DNA of 64,000 nucleotides from Eledone cirrhosa (Eukaryota), in contig CAXHJY010001372.1 in NCBI GenBank assembly GCA_964016885.1, positions 25,537 through 89,536 of the forward strand. The letters run 5' to 3'. Within the stretch, counting starts at the first letter, position 1; every line of letters starts with the position of its first letter. The position numbers and the translations under genes are program-made. This document shows positions 51,383 to 64,000 of this stretch, in pieces. Under the pieces are notes generated by a model. That model did no database searches, was not told where the DNA came from, and was given only the letters and a program-made list of their open reading frames with translations.

Positions 51383-51801
51383 AAAGAATAGAGGTGTAAC
51401 ACACAAGTTATTATATATTGGTAAACGGAATAGAAAATGCTGACAAATTGTTCACAGTGAAAAATAGTTTAATTAGGAATAAGTGAGAATTAGTAATAGT
51501 ATTGGTTAGTATCCAGTTTTGGTTTTAAGTTTTACCGGTTGCGCATTTCTAATGCTTTTCAAAAATAATTTTGAGATGGAGCGTCCGTGATGTTTGCTCA
51601 GATCTGATTAGTTTTGGGAATTCTACCTGTTTTTATGTTAAAAAAGTGGCTCCAGCGGCATTAGAAATGCGCAACCGGTAAAACTTAAAACCAATACTGA
51701 ATACTAACTAATACTATTACTAATTCTCACTTATTCCTAATTAAACTATTTTTCACTGTGAACAATTTGTCAGCATTTTCTATTCCGTTTACCAATATAT
51801 A
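51380..51801. mobile_element. (TA)n-flanked fold-back element: 144-bp arms, approximately 100-nt loop, short tail
   Basis: 51412-51555 is the near-perfect reverse complement of 51658-51801. Confidence 0.85.
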
Positions 51802-51914
51802 TATATACACACACATTTCAACTGCATTCTAATAAATATATGAATACATTTTTTGGGAAACCCTGTAACCCTGTATATATACATGTGTGTGTATACATAT
51901 GTATATTTACATGT

Positions 51915-52025
<111 letters not shown>

Positions 52026-52202
52026 TAAAAAGATATTTATACATACGTATATATGCAAGCAGGGAAAATGATGATGATGATGTACATATATTATATATTA
52101 TATATATATATATATGCACATATACTCGTGTATGTGTGTGTGTGTATGTGTTTGAACACATATTTATATATATATATATATCCATATAAATATATATATA
52201 TG

Positions 52203-52249
<47 letters not shown>

Positions 52250-52729
52250 CTAAATCTATCTATAATAATCTCCCCCACTCTCATTACCACACCCACTCTA
52301 ATAACCGCCACCTTCTCCACCTCTATTATCAACTGTAAGCAACAGCTTAATTAAAGGCCTTTCCCTCTCTCACACACACCCTCTCACTATCTCTCTTTGA
52401 TCACATTACCAATACAATAGTCTCCAGTTGACACAGATGGTATGTCACTCTGATCACAATATAGATTGCTCAAGTCATGTTAAGGTTTACTTGGCACCAT
52501 CAATCAACTGAAAGAGGAGGGAGGAGGTTAGTGCAGTAGTCGTAGTAGTAGTAGTAGTAGTTGTAGTAGAAGTAGTAGCTAGAGAGAGGGAGGGAGGGAG
52601 GGAGGTAAGGATGAAAGGAAGGGGAGGGGGGTAGCTCTGTCATCTTGATCCTGTCTTTCGTCATGCTCATAATAGGGTCATCGTCTTAGTGTATTTGGTA
52701 ACCTTCGTGTTCCAGGAACAAGCTGGTAG

Positions 52730-53478
52730 GTGGGTGGTGGTGGTGGTGGTGGGTAGGTGATGTGGGGGTGGGGTAGGGGTGGTGGATGGGTGGATGGTGG
52801 TGGTGGGTGAGTGGCGGTGAGTAGGTGAGCGGTAACCTCGGCTTGCGAATACATGGTGGTGGTGGCCGATGGTGGTTGATGGTGGCCGATGGTGGTTGGT
52901 GGTGGTGGTGGTTGGTGGTGGTGGTGGCCGATGGTGGTTGATGGTGGCCGATGGTGGTGGTGGCCGATGGTGGTTGGTGGTGGTGGCCGATGCTGGTTGG
53001 TGGGCGATGATGGTGGTGGTGGCCGATGGTGGTGGTGGTGGCCGATGTTGGTTGGTGGGCGATGATGGTGGTTGGTGGTGTTGGTGGCTGGGTGGGGAGT
53101 GAATGGTGGAGAGTAGGTGAGCGGTAGCCTCGGCTTGCGAGTACGTGGTGGTGGTGGTGGTGGTGGTGGTGATGGTGACCGATGTTGGTTGGTGGGCGAT
53201 GATGGTGGTTGGTGGTTGGTGGTGGTGGTGGTGGTGGCGTGTGCTGGTGCTGTTGGTAAGCCATGATAGATGGATGGTTGGTGAGTGGTTGTGGGTGGAT
53301 GTGTAGTAGGTGAATGGTGGTAGTGATGGCCGGTGGTGGTTGGTCGTGGATGATGGTGGTGGTGATGGTGGTGGTGCTGGTGCTGGTGGCGGCGGTGGGT
53401 GCTTGTGGTGAATGGTGTTGGTGGCGGTGGTCGCTGGTGGTGGATGCCGGTGGTGTTGGTGGCCGGTGGTGGTGGGTT
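52730..53478. repeat. (GGT)n-rich array with ggtggccgat units and an internal duplication
   Basis: agtaggtgagcggta.cctcggcttgcga occurs at about 52820 and 53112. Confidence 0.85.
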
Positions 53479-53829
53479 TGTGGAATTGTTAGAGTGTCTG
53501 ACAAATAAATGCCTTTGAATGTTAATTGTTCTGACTTTTGGCAGGCTGAGTTCAAATCCTGTCGAGGTCAGCCCTACCTTTCATCCCCCTCTTCCGAGGG
53601 TGAGGTGGGGGTGGAGGAGAGGTGAGTGAAAGGGTTCAATCGATAAAGTATCAGTTCAAGTACTGGAATCGATTTTTCTACTCAGAATCGGTTGCACTGC
53701 ACTCATTACACTTGAACCTCGTAAATCCAAATGAAATAAATTAAGAGAAATGAGTTCGGATATTTGATTGTTCGGATAATCGATCTGGTTCTAAAGAAAA
53801 GATATCATGAATACTTAAAAAATTGAATA

Positions 53830-53900
53830 TTTACGAGTGTCGCTGGCCATTGTCCGCGGAAATAAGTTTGTGGTCTCGTCCACGTGGCGCAGCCCTAACA
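53830..53900 (+). pseudogene. CRE-like LINE extreme C-terminal remnant
   Basis: LRVSLAIVRGNKFVVSST. Confidence 0.5.
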
Positions 53901-54384
53901 CCACCACACCCTAGGCCCAGAGCATACCACACTTCCTCCACCCTTCTCCCAGTTTACTGTGTGACCCGAGAGCCCTTAATTTTCCGTTTTTAAATATTAA
54001 TAAAAGTTTACAGAATTGTTTCTTATTTTGTTTTTTTAATGAACTTTCCAAATGTTGTATTCTTATATTCCAGTATTATATTCTTATATTCCAGTCTTAT
54101 TCCTATATTCTTGTATTCCAGTCTTATTCCTATATTCTTGTATTCCAGTATTGTATTCTTATATTCCAATGTTGTATTCTTGTGCAATCTTTGGTTAATT
54201 TTTACCACAATCCAGTGAAAAATCGAGTTTTTTCTGTTTCATTGTCAACGAATCTCGCCTCAACAAACTATTATAAAACACTCCAAAATACTCGGAAAAA
54301 ATCCGTCGACGTGATGAAGACATAATTGATTTTACAATAATCTTCATCGATAAGATGAAGATATCATTGATCTTAACTCTCTCA

Positions 54385-55287
54385 ATATGAAGATATCACT
54401 TATTTTACCATGATATTAACTCCTTCGGTATGAAGATATCACATATTTTACCATGATCTTAACTCCTTCAATATGAAGATATCACATATTTTACCATGAT
54501 CTTAACTCCTTCAATATGAAGATATCACATATTTTACCATGATCTTAACTCCTTCAATATGAAGATATCACTGATTTTACCATGATCTTAACTCCTTCAA
54601 TATGAAGATATCACATATTTTACCATGATCTTAACTCCTTCAATCTGAAGATATCACATATTTTACCATGATCTTAACTCCTTCAATATGAAGATATCAC
54701 ATATTTTACCATGATCTTAACTCCTTCAATATGAAGATATCACATATTTTACCATGATCTTAACTCCTTCAATATGAAGATATCACTTATTTTACCATGA
54801 TCTTAACTCCTTCAATATGAAGATATCACTGATTTTACCATGATCTTAACTCCTTCAATATGAAGATATCACATATTTTACCATGATCTTAACTCCTTCA
54901 ATATGAAGATATCACTTATTTTACCATGATCTTAACTCCTTCAATATGAAGAAATCACATATTTTACCATGATCTTAACTCCTTCAATATGAAGATATCA
55001 CTTATTTTACCATGATCTTAACTCCTTCAATATGAAGATATCACTGATTTTACCATGATCTTAACTCCTTCAATATGAAGAAATCACATATTTTACCATG
55101 ATCTTAACTCCTTCAATATGAAGATATCACTTATTTTACCATGATCTTAAGTCCTTCAATATGAAGATATCACTTATTTTACCATGATCTTAACTCTTTC
55201 AATATGAAGATATCACATATTTTACCATGATCTTAACTCCTTCAATATGAAGATATCACATATTTTACCATGATCTTAACTCCTTCA
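54385..55287. repeat. 43-bp minisatellite (about 21 units)
   Basis: Unit atatgaagatatcacatattttaccatgatcttaactccttca. Confidence 0.95.
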
Positions 55288-56724
55288 GCATGACAGTTTT
55301 TTTCGTGTGTTAAAATTAGTCATCAACCAGAAAACCCCCAGATAAATAATAGATTGGAAATACACGACAGAAACTGGCTACAATAACTATTCCACGCATA
55401 CTTATTTCAGACACGTAGACCATTTAAGGAAGAACTGATCGATCATTCGTTTTTGTTTTCAATCGTTTCCTTTTCATATTTGATGAAAAGAGGCTTATAG
55501 CCCCGAAATAACGTGTTGAAATATTGTAGGTAAAACATTATTTGCTTTTGTTTTATTTGTCATCATTTGCCTTTATATATTTCTACCACATTGTACCAGT
55601 TTTATGAAACTTATCAGTCATTTATTACATATCTCACAATACTTCGTTTTAACTATTCTATTTTATTTTAAAACTGTTTGAATTAAACGACTTCTAGGGC
55701 ATTATTTTAAACCTGACGGAGCTTATCCCCCTCCAGGTCTGAACGCAGCAGATTTCTTCCAGAGAAAGATAAAAAGTGAGAATGATGAAGTGAGATATAG
55801 AGGAAGAATCAACTCCAGTACTGGACTGGTTCTTTTATTATCGATCTCGAAAGGATGAAAAACAAAGTTGACCTCGAAAGGATTGGAACACAGAGATCAG
55901 AGAGCCGGAACGATCGCTCTGATCGATCAACAAGATCCCAGACCTCATTCGCTTGCCAAGTGGGGTGGACCTCGTCAAATGGGACCAAAGAAACAATGTT
56001 TCCATTGGTAATACTATCTACCGGTCGCAACTCCTGGCAGAAGGAACAACGGGAAATAAAGTCCGAGAATTGAACTCGCAATTTCACGATTGGGAATCCG
56101 CCTCTAACCACAAAGCCACGCGTCGGAAAACTTTCTGTCCGAAGTTCTAACTAATCTGGCAATTCCTCCCCTATATTTAAAATCTATTTCATTTACAGAT
56201 ATATGCTAAATATATATGAGGTCAAATCGCGCCGAGATCAACTTTGTCTTTTATCCTTTCAAAGTCGATAAAATATAGTACCAGTACAGTACTGAGGTCG
56301 ATTCTTTCTCTATATCTCTTTCTCGGGTCCTCTCTTTCCTTCAGACTTGGAGAGGGGATGCCTAAGGGGTTACGAGTCCATACATACATACAATGAGAGG
56401 CCCAATTTCCTAAGCTTCCTCAGCAATGACATAAAACCCCAAAACCTACAGATGGAATGAGAGGTTGCCTACACTTGACAGACTGAGGACCTAGTTCGAA
56501 ATAGTTCTAACAATCTCTCTATCTATCTGCCTGTCTATCTATCTCTGTATGTCTATATATCTATCTAGCTACTTACTTACCTGTACATTATCGATCTATC
56601 TATCTATCGGTCGGTCGATCACCACACCTATCTATCAACCAGCCTATCTATCTATCTATCTTTCTTTCTTCAAAGCCATTTGACCAAATCACACTAAATC
56701 TCACAGAAACAATTGCTAAACATG

Positions 56725-58260
56725 ACAAACAACAACAACAACAACGATAACAACAACGATAACAACAACAACAACGATAACAACAACAACAACAACGATA
56801 ACAACAACAACAGCAGCAACACCAACAACAAAAACAACAAGGATATCAACAACATTAACGACGACGAAAACAACCTTGAATGCACACACACGTACGTACA
56901 CACACCAGCACACACACGTACATACACACACCAGCACACACACGTACATACACACACCTACATACACACCAGTACACACACACCTACATACACACACCAG
57001 CACACACAAGTATGCACACACACACACACACCAGTACACACACGTACATACACACACCAGCACACACAAGTATGCACACACACCAGTACACACACGTACA
57101 TACACACACCTGCACATACACACCAGCACACACACACGTACATACACACACCTGCACACACACACCAGCACACACACACGTACATACACACACCAGCACA
57201 CACAAATATGCACACAAACAAGTACACACACGTACATACACACACCTGCACACATACACACACCTGCACACACACATACATACACACACCAGCACACACA
57301 CGCACATACACACACCAGCAGAGACACACAAAACACGTATAGAAGTACATGGGAACACATGACAACGTATACATAGATACAAACGCACATACGAACACAT
57401 ACATAAACACACAGACAAACACAACTATACAAACACACACATACACTCATATACAAACGTAACAAACACACACAACTGTACGCACACACACAAACGTATA
57501 AAATACAAACACACACCACATACACATACACACAAACAAACAAACATGCACGCACATACACACATGTACTAAAAAAACCGACACACACACAGACACACAC
57601 AAATGTACACAAGCATGTATATGTACTCACATACACACACACTCTCACACTCACAAATGTACACAAACATATATATATGTACTTACACAAAAGTACAGAT
57701 ACACACACAAACTCACAATCACAAATGTACGCACTCACATATGTACTCACCCAAATCGATACACACACATACAAACACACAGACAACCACATAGATGCAC
57801 TCACACACTAACACATATATGCACTCACACACACACTAACACATATATGCACTCACACAACACACACTGACACATATATGCACTCACACACTCACTAACA
57901 CATATGCACTCACACACACACACTCACATATATGCAGTCACACGCACACTAACACACATTCACTCACACACACACTCACATATATGCACTCACACACATG
58001 CACACAAACACATATACATGCACACAAACACACATTTGCACTCACATAAACAAACACACATATATGTAGACACACATACACTCACATACATGCACTCATA
58101 CACACATATATACATGCACTCACTCACAGAGAGACACACAAACACATATACACACACACATGTACATGCACTCACACACAGACACACAAACATATGTACA
58201 CACACACTTGCACACACTCACATGTACACACACAGACACACACACATGCACACACACAAA
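56725..58260. repeat. (AAC)n followed by a (CA)n-based compound array
   Basis: Directly visible. Confidence 0.9.
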
Positions 58261-58348
58261 TGTAATCATGTATTATATATTAAAATAGATTTAAAATTGT
58301 TTAAAATATGACACAATGAAGAATGATTACTGGGTTAAAGGTTAAACT

Positions 58349-58780
58349 GTTGGTGGTGGTGGTGGTGTATTGGTGGGGGTGAGGTGGGGGGTGTAGTGGT
58401 GGCGGCGGGGGTGGTGGTGTATTGGTGGTGGTGGGGTGGTGGCAGGGGAGGTGTAGTGGTGGTGCGGGGGCTAGTGGAGAGGGGGGGTAGTGGTGGTGTG
58501 GTGTTGTAGTGGTGGTGCGGTGGTGGTAGTTGTGATAGTGGTGGTCGTGGTAGTGGTGGTCGTGGGAGTGGTGGTGGTGGTGGTGGTGGTAGTGGTGGTG
58601 GTGGTGGTGGTGGTAGTGTTGGTGGTGGTGGTGGTGGTAGTAGTGGTGGTGGTGGTGGTGGTGGTAGTAGTGGTGGTGGTGGTGGTGGTAATGGTGGTGG
58701 TGGTAGTAATGGTGGTGGTGGTAGTGTAGTGGTGGTGGTAGTGTAGTGGTGGTGGTAGTGGTGGTGGTGATGGTGTGGTG
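58349..58780. repeat. (GGT/AGT)n array
   Basis: Directly visible. Confidence 0.9.
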
Positions 58781-59704
58781 ATCTTGAACAAGTTACTTTA
58801 ACACTGCACCAGTCTACTCAGCTGACAAACCTGAGCAGTAGATGTAATCCAAACGGTCAGCTCTCTCACATAGACTGTGTCACACTGAGTTACTGCCCAT
58901 CAGTTCTACATTTCTCCTACACGTGTCTGTGCAAAGATCAGCCATTTTCACATTAATTTCTCAATCAAACTCTTCTGTTGATGATATTGATGACAAAAGT
59001 AAAACAATGGTCGTCGTAACCGACGGAGATCCAGCAACTAGAACACTCTACCACTACACCCCCACCCTCCTACCACTATATTCCCCTTATACTCCTCTAC
59101 TCTCTCCTCCCTCCCTCCTACCTCCTCTACTCTCTCCTGCCCCCCCTCCTACCACCTTTACTCTCTCCTGTCTACCTCCTACCCCCTATACACCTCTACT
59201 CTCGCTCCGACCACCTATACGCCTCTACCCCCTGTCCCCCTCCTACCCCCTGTAACCCTCTCCTCTTACCACCTATACTCCTCTACTCTCCCCTATCCTC
59301 CCTCCTACCACCTATGCTGTCCCCTATCCTTACTCCTACCCCCTATACCCCTCTCCTACCCCCTATCATCCCTCCTACCCCCTATACTCCTCAGTATTCC
59401 TCTACTCTCCCCTATACCCCTCTACTCTCCCCTATACTCCCTCCTACCCCCTATACTCCTCAGTATTTCTCTACGTCTTGATATATAATTAAAATCTGTA
59501 AATACCCCCCCCCCCCCCTCTCCACCAAATCCCATTTATTTCAAGTTCCACAAAACTCTAGAATTTCTTCAAGAGAAAAACTGAAATTTCTAAAGAATGT
59601 TCTTTTGCTCCTCCATTTAATAAAATGGTTCTCAGTGTTCAGAGAACTGTGTCGTCTCAAGATCTTGAGGAGGAGCAACACAATCAGCTTCACCAACATT
59701 TAAT

Positions 59705-59848
59705 TTAGCATAGTTACGTCCCTTAACGATCTGAGTTCAAATCCCACTGAGGTTCACTTTGCCTTTCATCCTTACGGGGTCGATAAAATAAAGTACCAGT
59801 AATGCACTGAGTAATTGCTGGCCTTGTGCCAAAAGGTAGAAACAATTA
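59705..59848 (+). mobile_element. 5'-truncated family B SINE
   Basis: B box, central domain and tail. Confidence 0.8.
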
Positions 59849-59862
59849 TATTTGTTCTTACT

Positions 59863-59895
<33 letters not shown>

Positions 59896-60339
59896 GTTGC
59901 TACTACTGCTGCTACTAATCCTGCTACAACTAATGCTACTACTACTGCTGCTACTACTTTTACTACTGCTGCTACTACTGTTGCTACTACTGCTGCTGCT
60001 ACTACTACTGCTGCTCCTACTCTATATCTTTCCCTATACCTTCTTTCTTTCTCTCACACCCTTATCCCAACCTCTCCTTCTCGTACATATATATGTGTGT
60101 TTTAATAAATAGGAAAACAAGGTCCAACATTACCGTACACACACAGACACACACACACATGTATATATACACACACATATATATATATACACACACACAC
60201 ACAATATATATACACACACGCACATTTATATATATATATATCATAAAAAATAAGATCGTTTGATAATCATTTTGTAATAGTGTCGTGTCTTTTTTTTTTT
60301 ATTTGGTAAACTTCACTAGTTCTGATGAGTACTATACTA

Positions 60340-60376
<37 letters not shown>

Positions 60377-60575
60377 TCTGTGGTAAGCCAGAAGGTTCAT
60401 TTGGCCGGTGCTTATCCCGGTTTCATGGCGTGAAGCAACTGAGAGTACATTGCAGGTACTCATTTTCATTTACTGGGGCAACGTGAAATGAAGGGTTTTG
60501 CTCAAGAACACAACACGCAGCCCAGGAATCGAACCCACGACATTATGATCGTAAGTCCAACATTCTTACCACAAC

Positions 60576-62398
<1,823 letters not shown>

Positions 62399-62477
62399 GG
62401 TTCAATTCCAGTCTTGGCAGTCAAGACTGGAATTGAACCATCAGCACAGTTGAGGTATGTCATACACCAATTTATAT

Positions 62478-62541
62478 ATTTTATCTGATGAGGACGTACT
62501 GAGGAAACAGCACGGTACCTCTGAAATATATATAATAAAAT
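62478..62541 (+). ncRNA. Type I minimal hammerhead (ggacgtac family) in element 62397-62590
   Basis: attttat CTGATGA ggacgtactg..cggtacctct GAAA tatata TA ataaaat. Confidence 0.82.
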
Positions 62542-62583
62542 CTATTTGATCACATCAATGTCTATATTTATTAATATTCTGAA

Positions 62584-62630
<47 letters not shown>

Positions 62631-63216
62631 TTAAGGATACTATTTATGGTTATGTATATACTAAAACCTTTTATAGTTATATATATTTTAAACCCTAAAC
62701 AGTGAAAGACAGTAATTTATTACTACCTTATTACCAGTAAGATAAATAGCTCAATGTAATAACATCATTTGTTCTACAGAGCAGTTATATAGAACATACA
62801 TGAATCAAAGTTCTGTTTAAATCATTTATTTGCTTACAATTGTTTCTTCCAAACCGAGGTGTGGAGTCTTCGGAGCAATTTTTCAATGATTTTTTACATC
62901 CTTGACCTCCTTTCCAACACAAGAGACATATAGAAACATATGTATATATCGATGCACAGTGGGTTGACATCCATTATAATAATATAGCATGGCAATATAC
63001 ATACAAAGATTAAATATATATATATGTATGTATGTATGTGTATGTATTTATTCATCATTTAGTCTCGTGGAATTCATTAATCAATATCTCTTCTCTGTTT
63101 ACACCATTGATATTCTGCTACCCCATACCCTACACCAACACAATCTAGTTACTTGAATAATTTGAGGTGGGCGAGTTTTTTTTTTAAATCACCTACCACC
63201 CCCTCTCAGAAGAAAC

Positions 63217-63322
63217 ATGTATATGTGTATGTGTATGTATGTGTGGATATATATATATGCATATATATATGATGATGATATATATATATATATAAAATTA
63301 TATGTGTATGTCTGTGTGTGTT

Positions 63323-63353
<31 letters not shown>

Positions 63354-63375
63354 TTATATATATATAAGTGTGTGT

Positions 63376-63417
<42 letters not shown>

Positions 63418-63743
63418 TTATATATATATATGTGTGTGTTTATATATATATGTGCGTGTTTATATATATATGTGCGTGTTTATATATATATATAGTGTGT
63501 TTATATATATATATATGTGTCTTTATATATATATATGTATATATATATATGTGTGTGTGTGTGTGTTTATATATATATATGTGTGTGTGTGTGGTTATAT
63601 ATATATATGTGTGTGTGTGTGGTTATATATATATATGTGTGTGTGTGTGTATATATATACATATGCATATATATGATGATACAGATATATATGTGATCAT
63701 AATTCTCTCTATATGTCTCTGTGTATGTTTATATATTGTGTAT

Positions 63744-63778
<35 letters not shown>

Positions 63779-63835
63779 TATATATATATATTCATATATA
63801 TATATGATTATAATGATATATATATATATTCATAT
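63217..63835. repeat. Compound (TA)n/(TG)n microsatellite
   Basis: Directly visible. Confidence 0.9.
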
Positions 63836-64000
63836 ATAGCATCATTTTCACATAACCTCCCACTTTCTCTCTCGCTCTCTCTCTCTCTCCTTCTCTCTCC
63901 CTTTCACCCCCACCTCCAACCTGAGATCATTAGACTTGAGATTCAAGAAATTTTACTGAAAACTCCGAACCAAGTATTTCTAATTCTAATCTAATCTTGT

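Noticed and set aside
52686-53555. 289-aa His/Pro/Thr-rich ORF
   Set aside because: (CCA)n repeat translation that starts inside a SINE.
56480-56515. CTGAGGA..GAAA tagttc TA
   Set aside because: Stems I and II do not form.
60322-60345. CTGATGA hammerhead start
   Set aside because: No GAAA box; runs into (TA)n. At most a truncated remnant.

Overview
Repeat-saturated, AT-rich animal genomic DNA; the SINE types and the extreme microsatellite load suggest an octopus or other coleoid cephalopod (inference). I find no intact protein-coding gene: the long ORFs in the track are microsatellite or tandem-repeat artefacts. The window holds two tRNA-derived SINE families, decayed LINE fragments (RTE, CRE-like, R4/Dong-like), several MITEs, a solo LTR, local duplications and minisatellites amplified from retroelement parts. 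The main signal is a population of short non-coding elements embedded in (TA)n tracts. Many carry minimal type I hammerhead ribozyme motifs (CUGANGA-stem II-GAAA-short stem III-UH-stem I); I count about 15 intact or decayed motifs from several unrelated families. Many also have a fold-back structure (inverted arm, arm, unpaired tail), and they stack into nests at 11.5-13.4 kb and 46.1-48.6 kb. This fits non-autonomous Penelope-like or retrozyme-like retroelements. A palindromic element built from two 3' ends of a Merlin/IS1595-type transposase gene lies in the second nest. All calls were made by eye; ribozyme motif coordinates were counted, other boundaries are approximate.
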